Source: Camelus ferus
Lineage: Eukaryota
DNA length: 64,000 nt
Direction of reading: 5' to 3'
Assembly: GCF_009834535.1 (NCBI RefSeq)
Contig: NC_045697.1
Span: 34,040,001-34,104,000 of the forward strand
Shown piece after piece: positions 13,571 to 26,600 of this stretch. The notes under the pieces were generated by a model that did not search any database, was not told the DNA's origin, and saw only the letters and a program-made list of their open reading frames with translations. Position numbers and translations under genes: made by a program. How positions within the stretch are numbered: position 1 is the first letter of the stretch; each line of letters begins with the position of its first letter.

Positions 13571-14055
13571 TACATTAATTAGGATTCTCCAGAGAAAAAG
13601 AACCAGTGGGATATATATACATAGAGAGTGAGAATAAGATTTATTATAAGGAATTGGCTCATACAGTGATGGAAGCTGATATGTCCTGAAATCTGCAGGG
13701 TGAGTCAGCAAACTAGAGAGCTGCTGGTACAGTTCCAGCCTGAAGGCCAGCAGGCTTGGGACCCAGGGAGAGCCAGTGTTCCAATGTGAGTCTGAAAACA
13801 GGAAGATGCTGATTGTCCCAGTGCAAAGATAGTCAAGCAGAAGGAAGTCTTACTCTGCAGAGGGTCAGTCTTTTTGTTTTAACTGAGGCCTTCAACTGAT
13901 TGGATGAGGCCCATCCACACTAGGGAGGACAGTCAAACCAATTCAAATGTTAATCTCATCCAAACCTCCCTCACAGGAACACACAGAATAATGTTGGACC
14001 AAATATCTGGGCACCTGTGGCCCAGTCAAGTTGGCACATAAAATTGACCATCACG
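13571..14055 (-). mobile_element. MLT2 (ERVL) solo LTR, MLT2B-like
   Basis: ggattctccagagaaaaagaacc…ttcaactgattggatgaggccc…aaatatctgggcacctgtggcccagtcaagttggcacataaaattgaccatcac. Confidence 0.9.
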
Positions 14056-15421
14056 CCCAGAATGCTAGCTTTGAACCCATTCAATTCAAATAGCATTTTT
14101 TAAACGGTGACCACAAGCCACACTGTGTGCCAAGTGCTAGTGATGTAGTTGCAACCATGCAGACAGGTGGCAGAAGTTGCAGGAAGGCAGATGCAGAATT
14201 GAAGAGAAATACTATCCAATGAGCAGACGTGCCCATTCATAGGAAAAAAATACCCCCTTAAGAAAGACTTCGCATCCCACAGAGACACTTCAATTAATTG
14301 GAAATGGCCACCTACCAATTGTAATGTAAAAGATATTCCTCACTAACAGGGCTGTTAATTATACTACCTTAAATATCTCTTTCAGCCCTAAAATCTAGAA
14401 CTCTGGGAGTTTATTCAGTTTAGTTACATCATCAGTAAATTACTTGATATGCTTGCCTAAAGCATTGGTTATAAAGGGATCCTGATTTATGAAGGATATT
14501 AGAACATTAAAAGTGTTATGAATACATGAACATATAAACACAAGGAAAAATATGAACTATAGGACAATTAAAAGCAAAGCCTTTGAATCATTCTTACTTT
14601 ATTGCTGCCGGCCAAATCATTCATTCTGATCTGAAATCATTTAAAAATAGCACCTACCACATTCTGCACACTTTCTATTCACGGATGCTAAACACTGAAA
14701 ATAACAGAAGTAAATTGAACTTCATGAATGATGCATGGCTTCCCTTGCTTTATGTCCCCATTGTCAAGGAAATTAGCAGCATTGGCTATCTCCTTAGATA
14801 AATTTGATTTTGCCATATTCAGTAGACTACTTAATGAAAATGAGTATTTCACATTTATGTTCATAGAAATGTTAATGAATTTTAGTGTCTGTAGCTTTTT
14901 TGATGAGCAGAGGGGTGGGTGTAGGGAAGAAGGGAATCTTCTCTGAATTAATGTATTCCTTTTTCCAGGCTGCTTTCTTGAAACTGTGGAAAAATAGTCT
15001 TTCCAAAAAGTCTCCGATCTTTTAAAGTTATAAAAATAAAAGCCAGTGGGGGATTGGAGTTCCTTTTATGAAAATTCGTTTCACAATCAACTTGTCTATA
15101 AAGTTAGCCTTATAGCTGTTTGCTGCTACCCTATAGATAGTATATTTTCCATGCATGGATAAGTGACTGTGTAGATTGGTGAGGAGACCTCTGACTTACA
15201 GAATTAGATTTCTGAAGTTTCTTCTCTTCTGGATTCTCTGATGGATGGCCATTTTCCCTCTAGCTTTCCAAGAGAAAGTCAAAATAAAGTTTATCACTTT
15301 GCCTAAAGGTTTTAGGTATTAACCAAATACTTTAAGACACAATTTGTAATGGAATTTTGGCCTTCTAAAACTGAACACCCTTCTAAACTGAGTGCTTTGG
15401 TTCACTTAGGATCCAAACTTG

Positions 15422-15625
15422 ACAATAATGATTGCTGATATTTACTGACTATACGTCATGGGCCAGGCACTTAAGAGAAACCTCCCATTGACTCTTCACT
15501 AAAACCCTCTTGTTCTACTCCATTTTACAGAAGAGGAAATCAAAGCACCAAGGTAGTTACTTGCTCAAGTCACAAGACTGTAGTGGTCCACAAGAGATTT
15601 GAACTCAAGCAATCTGACTGAAGCA
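15422..15625 (-). mobile_element. MIR SINE
   Basis: ccattttacagaagaggaaat…acttgctcaagtcaca…gatttgaactcaagcaatctgact. Confidence 0.75.
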
Positions 15626-17224
15626 TCCAGGATTTATTCTTCTTCTATACCGTCCTCAGAAAACTCCTCTTCAGCTTCCCCGCTGTGTGTGAGTTGGGTG
15701 GTTTTGAGATATGCTCTATCTGAATGCAAAGCAGACACCTGAGAACAAAGCAGATTTTAGTAGGTCCTTCTCCTCTCTTCTGACTCAGTCTCAATTCAGT
15801 ACCTACATGAGCATTTATTTTCTGACATTCTTGCCAATGGATGTTGATACAATTTAAGAATAACTATTATTTCACCAAGTCACTTCTATAATTGCAACAG
15901 ATCCCACAATGTTCAGAAACCCTCTCTTTTCTAAGTGGACACTGATCCTCTTCCCCATATCATTTTAGTATCGTGTTAAGCTTGACTGACTGTAATGGTG
16001 CTGTAGTTTCAAAGTCCATTCCTTAGTCACAATTGTGATGCATGAACATCTATAACCTTGGAAATGGACATATTCTCCTGAGAGGTCTTGACTTGGATGG
16101 TTCTGTGAACCACATCCATATAGAATCATCTGTTAATATAGAAAATGTAGTTTCCATTTGTGTCAATTTCCATGTTTAAATTGCTTCATTCTTCTCTTTA
16201 AGATCAAAGATTTTAAAAGAGAGATCTTTTTAATATTGATACCATGACCCCAACTCAGACGAATAAAATCAGAATTTGTAGAAGATGGACTCATGTTACA
16301 CAAGCACTTCTTATGCTCCCCTCAATGATTTCCATATGAGGTCGTGTATGACAGCCACTGCTTTAAGGCTGTTGTGCTTTAAATTTTTGCTTTTCTCTTT
16401 TTCTTTTACCATCGCCTCTAACAGACCCAGTTCTCTAAATGGGAAACAGAATGGAAACACAGAAATGAGAGAAGAAAGTACAGCAAATAGCATCTTTTCA
16501 AAGGAAAAAAAAATCACTGAAATGATCAAAGGAAAAAATTTAAACTATTCTTTCCTTTATCCCCTCTGGCAGAAGGCTCCATTTTTTTTTTAAGTGCATA
16601 CCTTGAAAGAAATAGACCAATAGACCCTGCCTTTCATTGGAATTAAGTGCTTCAATCAGATATTGAAATCCATGTAATAATAAGTCAAGTTGTTACAAAA
16701 TGCTACTCTATTTTAAAGCCTCAATATATGTAGCACATATTGATATGAACGCAATCAATGAAACATTAATTTGTATTATGGTGCTGTGGTACATCGAGTT
16801 TCCTACTTTGGAAAGAGAGGCAGGGGTACCAGCTGTTTTAGTAACATTATCTATCATGTTTAAAAAAAAAGCTAGTTAACAATTTACTCTTGAATGAATA
16901 CACAGCAACAGGCTTTACAGGAATAATTTCATCAAACTGAAACTGAGCAAGGTCTATTACTTTCAACCATAAGAAATGAAATAAGAAGAATTTCTGTGTT
17001 CATTTCCCTTTCCCACTCCCTGTCCTGTAGGCACTGACTGTACTCATTCGATGGTGTGAAAGAGCAGAGCTCCCACTAGATGACTGCATTGATCCCAAAT
17101 ACGTTGTGTTCTCAGTACTGACGTCATGTAGACCTACCGCTCAGACAAGACATTTCAATGAGTAGAGCCATAGGTGCCTGCTCTCACCTTAAAAACTGTC
17201 AGCGTGGGAACCCATCCCTTGTCT

Positions 17225-17390
17225 GATAGGCTCCCTGAAGTGCTTGTCAGACATTCACACACTTACAAGGATCTTGTTAAAATGCATTCTGGTTTTATGA
17301 GCTTGGTCTGGGGCCTGAGAGTCTGCATTTCTAACATGTCACCAGGTGATGCTGGCGCTATTGGCCTATAGACCACACTTTGAGTAGTGG
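17225..17390 (+). mobile_element. MER5A-like hAT DNA transposon
   Basis: cttgttaaaatgca…ggggcctgagagtctgcatttctaaca…caggtgatgct…gaccacactttgagtag. Orientation is tentative. Confidence 0.8.
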
Positions 17391-19399
17391 GAAGCTGGAA
17401 TACATTAATAAAAGAAACAAACAAACAAACAAAAACCTGTCTCACCTGTGCTCCTACTCAATCTGCTTTCCCAATCTGCTTGCTTCCTACTGAGATTTAA
17501 GTAATTAGCCTTTGTCACACTGGTTGCTCAGCACTTGATTCAAGAGAGTTTTGGGTTTTCAATTAAGTGAGGCAGAAAAGTCATTTTCAGATGACCTGAG
17601 GAATTCCCAAACACTGAACTCTGAAACTTAGATGCTGTTTGGCGCCCTGGGTGGGTAAAATTCTTGACTTACTATTTAATACATGAACGATTCCCAGATG
17701 TAGTATGTCATCAGTACTCTTAAGCCCACATTAAAAATAATATTTGTTGACTATTTTGTACTTAGAAAGGATTTAATTTTAACAAAGGGAAAAGTAATGA
17801 CAAGTACTCTATTTGATTTTACTTGACTTCATGTCCACAAATAAGAGGTTTTAGTGGACTTTCACTATCTAGAGACCTGGGGTTTAACAAGTCACTCTGA
17901 AGAACTCAATTTTGCCAGACTTTATGTTAGCTACTTTGACGTGAATCTTTCTCAGTAGAGAATCCTAAAAATCATTTGTTCTCTTCTGATGATTCAGGGT
18001 CATAACCGTGATCATTTTTCACAATGTGCTGAAGCTCTGGCTTCATCTGAGGCAAAGGGAGGTGTAAGAACTTGCACTATGATCCTTACCACGACCTTAA
18101 TTTAAGAGCTACTCTTTGGGAGTATCTTCCTTGGTGGGGTAATGAAAGCCTCTTTCTACAAAATTAATGCGTCAGCAAAAGAAATATCCATCTCTAGTCA
18201 ATTAGGCATATTTTTGCAACTCAAAAAAGGTGTTTTCCTGTCATGGTTCTCATTTTAAGTAGCGTAGTCTCTTCATTAGGGATCAGTAATAACTCTTCAC
18301 GAATCATTTGTTTCAATGTCTCAACCATTGTCCGGGTCCTCAGTTTCTGCTGCTTCGTCACCTTCCTCCATCCTGACTGCTGTGCTGATGGGTTCTCAAG
18401 TCACCTGCTTCCACACAGTATCCAGTTACTGAGTTATACAGGCTTTTACATGTAATCCCCTATCCTCACTGTGGCTGCCATTATTCTGTCTCTTCCTCTT
18501 TGAATTTGTACGTGCTTTATATGCCAAAACAGTACCTTGCTCTTTAGAGGAAAGATATTTAACATAATTTCCTTATGACCATAGATTGAAAGTATTAGGA
18601 AGTGTCTCCCTCAAGAAATGCAAAATGATACGTCCCCTATTGTCCTCCTGTTGATTTACTTCAAGCCTTGAATCTAGTAGCATAACCAAAGGACCAAGCC
18701 TGAGTTTGCTAAGTTCTCACAGTTTCCTAACCAGGGTGTAGAGTTATAATAAAACTACATTTTCTCCCTAGATTGCATGAAGTTTAGGAAGGGGCAGCAG
18801 TCTTCTGCTACTGTGATACCAGGTCATAGTTACTCTTTTTAAACTTTTACTTTGAAGAGAATTTAATGCATTAGCAATATTAAAAATTCTATCTTTTGTT
18901 CCATTTGGGGCTGAATAATAGTAGCAATTGGATGATAACAGTAACTGAACACTCTTACCACTAATGCTAATAATAATACAGCTAGAAGTGCTAGGTTAGA
19001 AGCAGCAGAAGCTAAGCCGCAGCGTGCTGAGAGAGTATGTCTCAGATACTGTGTGCATCTGCCGAAATTCAGACTATGGAAACAGCAACCGCCTGCGGCA
19101 AGCCAAGCTCACTCGGGTCAAGGTGAGTAGTATGTTGAGTGGACCTGGGGACATGACTGCAGCAGAAGGTTTAAACATGACATGGATGACACAGGACACC
19201 AGCTCTGAGTCTTATACATCAGTCCAACAGAATTCACATAGGAAGTGTCCTTTAGTGGAAAGTTCTTTCTTAGACAGCAAAGAGCTACTCTTATACGTAA
19301 ATTGGTCTTCTCTGAGTGAAACCTCTGAGAAAATAGAAGGATGGACTTACCATCAACTGAATTGAGGAAAGCTTCAGGTAGAGCCCAGAAAAGTGTTTA

Positions 19400-21510
19400 G
19401 ACATTTTAAATTTGTATTGTCTGTTAGACATCTAAGTGGAGATATCAAGTTTACAGTTGAAAGTCTAAGTCTCAAGTTCAGGGTAGAGGTCCTACCTGGA
19501 TATGTAATTTTACAATTCATGAGCTTCTAGATGTATTTAAACCCATGAATCTAGATGACTTCACCAAGGTAGTTAGTATAACTGGAGAAGAGGTCCAAGT
19601 GCTTTGCCTTGGCCAGACTAATACTTAGAGATAAGGGAGATGATAGAAACACAGCTATGACAATTACTTTATGCCAACACACTGCATATAACAATGCATT
19701 TAGTCGCAACAAGGACTCTACCATTAGGTACCATTATTGTTTTCATTTTACCAATGAGGAAACTGAGTCACAGTGGCATCACCTAATTTTTCCATATTTA
19801 CACCAAGTAAGTGACAGAGTCAAATCAGCAAAGGAGACTGAAGGGGTGATCGTTGAGATAGGAGGAAGCCTAAGAGAGAAGAGTAGGCTGGAACCAAGGT
19901 AAAAAGTATTTTAGAAAAAGAGGTGTTTGACTGGGTCAAATATACATGATAGAACAAGTTAACTAAGAACTGAGAATGGATGATTGGATTTAGCAACGCA
20001 GAGTGCTGGGAGTGAAAATCTAAATGTGGTAGATGTCAAGGAGGATAGGAAAAGAGAAAGTGGTTACAGCAAGTGTAACAAACTCCTTTACTTTTACTTT
20101 TCAGGAGAAAAGAAAATTTGAGTGATAGCCAGAGAAGAACATATGATCGAGAGAAATCTTTTGTTTCTTTGTTTTAAGATGGAAGCAATAAAATCACGTT
20201 TGTATGCTAGTGGGAGAAATCCAGTGGAGAGAGGGAAATTGGCAGTGTAAGAGGGGAAGAAATATTGCAAGAGGGTTGTCACTGAATGGGGTGGAGGAGG
20301 TAAGACTCAGTATAAAAGCAAATAGCTTGTTATGATGTAAGAAAAAGCTCAGACAGTTCAACTATACTAAGAAAAGGCACTAACCCTGGTAAATAAGTAG
20401 TTACGATGGTGATGTCTTGTGGAAATTTTCTTCTAATTAACTCTATGTTCTTAGTGAAGCAGGAGTCAAGGTAATCAACTGGATGTATTAGGGGATTGAA
20501 GAGAGAGAGTACTGGGGGGTTGAAAAGAGGGGAGAAGATATAATTATCTACCAGAGTGGACAACAGAGTAGGCTGAGAATGTGGCATGCTCACTGGCAGC
20601 ATTGAGGATATTAAGTGTGACCACCTAGCATGTTTCTGTTTTCCTTTCACTGTGTTTAGTAGGGTGGCTTCACGTTTAGGGAAAGTACAACAGTGAATTT
20701 ATCCATGATTGGGATTTTTCCCTTGCAAGTGCTGGGAAGAGAGCTAGGGAAGAAGGAGGGTGTATAAAAGACAGTGATTATAATGCTTGTCTGTGACATT
20801 TAAACTAGGCCAGGAGACAGTAACAGTTATGAGGACGCGAGGGACAGCTTAACTGTGGTTAAATTAATGGACCATAGGGTCTGATGGGGTTAAAAAATTT
20901 TGGAGTCAGGATATTAGAGAATGAGATGGGAAAATAGGAGGTTACGGTCAGAGAGGAAGGTATATGAAACTGACTTTGTGGTGGTGATGCAGTTATTGGT
21001 CATAACAAGGTCTAGAGATGGAAGTGAATGGCAAGATAAAATGGAAGAAATGCTTGTTACAAGAAAAGGGATCAAAGACTTTAAAGCCTGGTGTATAGAA
21101 AAATAATCTCCATGTACATTGGATTCATAAAAAAAATTAAGACAGGAGCATGTAGCTGAAAAGCAGCTAAACATACAGAATAAGTAGGAGAATTCATTTT
21201 TGATTGGTAGAATTGTAAAATAACATGAGATTCAAGGAGTTTTTTAGAAAGGAGGATGAGAGAACAGTCTAGAAGGGGACAATGAGGAATAGTCACTTAA
21301 CACAGTTTGCATATCCAATACTGGAGGGGAGGAGGGAAAGCACCCAGTACTTTGAGAGGGCTGTTGAGTGAGCTGCGTTTGTAAGAGAGAGCAACATTTT
21401 GGTGAAGTCAAGTGGTGAAGACCAGGATCCCAAGGATAGAGGGGATTTTGCTTATGTTGGACCATGTGGACCAGCACAGAGGGAGGGTTTGGGGATCATG
21501 GAGGGCCAAG
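19400..21510 (-). mobile_element. Long degenerate LINE-2 reaching the endonuclease region, with a MIR inserted at ~19655-19820
   Basis: agacatctaagtggagatatcaag is reverse L2 RT. Minus ORFs give DYLDSCFTKNIELIRRKFP and SLDLVMTNNC…LSDRNLLF, resembling L2 ORF2 (DDLASYFTEKIEAIRRELP; endonuclease TLDLVIT…LSDH). Confidence 0.75.
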
Positions 21511-23618
21511 GGATGGAGGCAGGATAGAAGATACATAGATCCTTACGAGATCTCATTAGGACAGCATATAAAGTGCCTGATACCAGGCTTAGCTCTTTTC
21601 AACTACTCAACAGACGCGATCACAAGTCTCATCGAAGTATAGGGCAATCAGCTATTCGCTCTTCCGGAATTCTTACCTGCTCAGTTGTAAATGCTCCTTT
21701 TCTTCAGTTTTGTCACATTTGTCATCACTCTGATTGTTGCCGCTGTTGTCATCAGTGTCGTCATCACTCTCCCCACTCCGTTTCTAACCATTTTCCCCCC
21801 CTCTCTCAGCTTTCCCCTTAAAAGCTGATTCTGTACATCGCTAACCAATCAAAGCCTCTTGTCTGCTCTTGAGCTGACTGATGACAGAGGGCCAGGAGCC
21901 ACTGTTCATCTCCCTTGTGTTGGCTCTATTTGTCTATTTCTAAGTTCCCAGAGGTTTCTGATTCTTTCATCACATACAAGTGTTTATTGTGCCCATCCCA
22001 TTCCCGACACTGTCAGTGCCTCTAGGATGGCAAGATGACTCTATCAGAGTCCCTCAAAGGCCACATTCCTAAAGTCGCATTGGTACAGACGCATGAATGC
22101 CCTTCTCAAGAGGTTTAGATTATTAGAAACTACTTCATTCACCAGCAACATTCTATTGCCATTTTAACTTAGCAGTAATGTCCAATGTGCTTTTTTTGTC
22201 AGGTCCACAGGCCAGTGACTGAATTCCTTTTAGGTTAACTTGGGATGACTTGAAAAGACTCTGTGGGCACATCTCTCTCCCTGACATTGGCAGCTTCAAT
22301 ACAGCTACTGGTTTCAGCGTATGCTTGTGCACCTCACTGCTAGACAGACTACTTTTCAGCATCCTTTTGTGTACTCTGTGAAGCACCATGCAGATGCTTG
22401 CTCCGTCTGCCTTATAGACAAGGAAGTAGCCCAACGAAGAATTCTGGCTCTCTCCCGAACTCTCAGGAAGGAAATCTCCCTTGTTTGTTACATTCGAAAA
22501 ACTGTGGCCCCTATACAATTCTACATAGAGCTTTCATTTCGTCAAGAGGGGAAAGAGAGGGGCCCAACCATTGGTAAATTTTCCAAAAATATTCCTTTTT
22601 TGGTTTAACAGTCTCTACCTAAGAGTTTGGGGAATCAAGCAAAATGTCACACACAAAAAAACTTGATTAATAATGCAGACATTTATTCACCCACACAATT
22701 TCTATAGTCTTTATCGTATGTCATGAACTGTTCCAGGCAAAACAGTCTCTACCCAGATGTACCTTACAAGCAATTATAGGAAGATAGAAAAAAATCTAAA
22801 CAAAGTCACCAATATAAAATATAACACAGAAGTGTGATATGCTGTGACAGGTGTGTTGATAGATGAAAAATGAGGGGTGGAGAGGTGCTTTAGCAGATGC
22901 AGACACATAAGCACACTGCTTCGGGTCAGGAAGTTTTGAAAAGCCAATAATGCTACACAAGGAAAGATAAGCCAGAGTGTGTCTACACGTCATGGGCACA
23001 GGTGTTGAAAGATCTGTTCAGCGCCACCAAGACACTCGGCAATTCTGAACTGCTGGCTCCCGTCTCCTCCTTTTGCTCCAGTCCAGAGCCCTGTCTTGAC
23101 TCAGTGCAATAATTAAATAAATCACATGTGTGAAATCCTAACCATGGTTATTCAGTAACTTCAGGATAGCATCACTGTCAGTGAGTCTGTAGAATTAGAA
23201 GTTATCTCAGTGGCTTGGGGAAGCTTATTTGATGTGTCCCTGCCTGGTTACCTCAAAACAAAATGTGAGTGCAGCAGTGACCTTCTGGGTGGAGAGCAGT
23301 TTACACCTCCATTCTGTGTGGTCTGAGCACTATCCTATAGTGATACGATGAGGCTTCCCACTGTAGTCCCGTGGAATCTTAGTCCTGAAGTATGATGTCC
23401 TCTCTTGGCCACTGCCCTGTATGTTGACAGTCCACACTGCACTAAGTCTCCTGGAGGTGGGTGTGTACACAGTCACCACAGTATTTGCACTCAGGAGTAA
23501 TAGGAAAGCTTCAGTTCTCTGGAAGCCACTTTTATTGACTCTTTATCGATCTCCATTATTATTTGCATTTGACCAAATGTGAACAGGAGTCTAGAGAATA
23601 ATAATATATATTATGTTA

Positions 23619-23619
<1 letters not shown>

Positions 23620-23649
<30 letters not shown>
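23620..23649. repeat. (CA)15 microsatellite within a degenerate MIR
   Basis: Seen directly. Confidence 0.95.
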
Positions 23650-23651
<2 letters not shown>

Positions 23652-26600
23652 GTTTTCATACATTTTCATTTGAGTCCCATAACAACCTATAAGAAAAGTA
23701 AGATAGTTGGCATGGCTCCCATCATGCTGACACAGTCACCAAGCCCAAGAATTTAAATGAATTTGCCAAATACACAGAATTAAGAAGTGACTGAGCCCAG
23801 ACTAAATTACAGGCTATATGAGTTTAAAATCAGGTCTTTTCACTATAGGAAATTTTGCCCTGTTGAACCAAGTTCTTCCAAGAAAACAAAATAAGACACT
23901 TTGGAAAAGTTGATTGACTTTCTTGGATCTCAAAGGTATTTCTGAGTGCTGAAAAGCAATAGTTTACTAAATGATACGTAAATGGCTTTTCTAAAAAAAT
24001 CTTATGGTTTTCCCCCAAAGTGCTAGCTATAACCCTACGCACAGTAAATGCATTTAGTTGAACCTTAACATTTCCGAATTTAACATTTGAGATTCTGTTT
24101 CTAGTCAAGTTTCTGCTAAGAATACAGAAGAGTTGCTCAAGATATTCAAGATATGGAAGGTTTTAATATAGGGAACTAAGGAGCATACATGTAGATTGGA
24201 AAAGCTGGCAAGCAGAGGTGAAAGAAACCAACCTCAGCAATTCCAGCCTGGAGCACTCAAGCAGGGAAGGGGCTACAATACTCAGGGGTCTCTTGGAAGC
24301 TCCCACCATTACCCAGCAAGTCACTGTGAATCTCACATCTGCCCATGCATCTGGCAGCAATTGCCCCCCCCCCAAAATATTGGCCTCTCCTTCTCCATCT
24401 TCCAAGTCTGGTACCAATGCCTCTGTTTGGCAAACTCTAACCTAGGGAAGGAGATTCTGGGAAAATTGTTTCCAGTTTTTCTTCAATGATAGTTGGGGTG
24501 GTGATGCCAAGTTGACAACAAGCAAACAAACACAGACTTGTCAAAGTGATCTCAGAAGTCCATGTCTCACTATTTGTAAGTCTTCTAAAACACAACCTGG
24601 AACCCTATGCCTGAACAGACACAGTAAAAGAGAAAACCACATAGCCAAAGGGAGGGTACCTCATCATTCATCCAGCTTCTCCTCCATATATTCAACAAAT
24701 ATTTGATTCGATCTTTTTATGTGCAGTGAACCAAACAGACATGGACCCAGACCTTGTGTTGCCTACATCTTGATAAGACTTTGTCCTCAACTCCATTGAA
24801 GTTGTATTTGAAAGGGAGGTGGGAGTTATATGTTGCTAAGTCATTCTCAAATTTGGGGAACATCAAGGGTCTAAAATTGCCTCAGCCATCTTAACACTTA
24901 ACTTTGCAAAATCACCCCATTCAGTCATAAAAGCAGTTCAAAATACCCACTGAATCATCATCAGATGTCCTTTCTTGATCCACGGCCATATGCTCAGAAA
25001 CTTATCACAATAATCCACAACATTTGTATAGCACTTTGTACTTATTGAAAGGTGTTTTTTAGCGTTGTCTTGTTTGACCCTCACAAATCATCTTGCAGGT
25101 ATGGGCAGATAATTTTTTTCTTTTCTTTCATGAAAAATCAAGGACACAGGGAGGGGCAATCAATTGTTTAATTAATGACCAGTGTTGGACTTAAAATGAG
25201 ATCTCAATTTTGGATCCATCTACAGCATCCCACTGGCTCCCTTGTACTAAAAGAACCGGAATCAGCATTTGCTAGATGTGAAACTACAGCACCAAAAAGG
25301 CCTTTGCCTCCGGAGTCATTTTTATTGCCCACTTGTAATTGTTCTTCCAGGTTAAATTCTAAACCAAAGTGTCTGGAAGTGTCCTCTTTGTTAATAGAAA
25401 AATGAGCAAGTCTCCCTTGGACAGAGTCTTTCTTTTTATGGACGTCTTCTGCAATAAATAGGTCACCTGGTCATAGCCATATCTGTGAGTACTTTATTAA
25501 GTCAGATCTGTCTTAAAATATCTATGTCTGGCAAAGTCCTTTTAGGGAGCACAAGCACTTGTGACAAAATCTTAGAACTAGAGAGGACGCTGAAGATTAT
25601 TTAGGCCAATTCTGTCAGATATAGATGAGGAGAGTGAAATTCTGCAAGTCTCAATGGCACTGAGGTCAAAATCACACAACTGGCTACCTAGAAGCAGACC
25701 TGCAGAAGTCTGATTTAAAGATTCAGTGAGCACATGCTATGCTTCCTGTATGTAGGGGAAATTTTTAAGAATATTCTCTGGATTCTTTGGCTTCAAACCA
25801 AGTTGTGGAGACAAAACAATGAAAGAAGAACACAAGGCAGAAAATAATTGCAAAATAATGGTCTGAAAGCTATAATTGCTGTAATTCCCTAGAGGAATAG
25901 ATCAAGAATTTATTTTTAATCTCTGCCTCATTCTACAAAAGATGTGAGGCACTTCACAAAAAGTACTTTGGGTGCAAAAGGATTATGGTAAGCAGTCGTG
26001 GTGGCCAGGACAGAGGGAAACTAGGGGTGGAAAAACAATAAAGCAAAACTTGATATTAGGATATTCCATACAGTTGAGAGAAATGGACCCTAGATTTATC
26101 ACTAAATCCTCTAATGGCCAAAGCAAGTAAACCCAATCAATCTATAAGATTCAAATTGTCCATAAAACAAAGCCTAATTCTGTAGGTATTCAAAAATAGG
26201 GCTCCAAGTTTTATCTGGTCCTTTCTTACACAGTCCATCAATTGTGGCCAATTGGCATAACACAAAAGTACAATTCAGTACAGCAATTCTATTAGATCCA
26301 AAATGATTTTGCTGAAGGATCCAGCAATCCTGTGGTCTGGCTTGATTCAAAGGTGTCATTTAGGGCATGTAGAGAAATGGATCAATTACCTGACCCCAAA
26401 GTATTTCTTCCAAAACATTACTTATGGCAATATGGAAAGCAAGGAGCTCATGGTATACTATTTGTCAGGAGCCAGTGGTGTGTATAGTCTGTCATGCTGG
26501 TTGATGGCTGCTCCACAAGCCAGTTAATCATCCGAGCAGAGTTGAGTGTGTTAAAGGCATCTATTAAAGTGGAAAAGCCTAATGGTCATGTTTAATTCCT

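Noticed and set aside
23016..23040. REST/NRSE-like site ttcagcgccaccaagacac
   Set aside because: Only the left half resembles the motif. The GGACAG half is missing.
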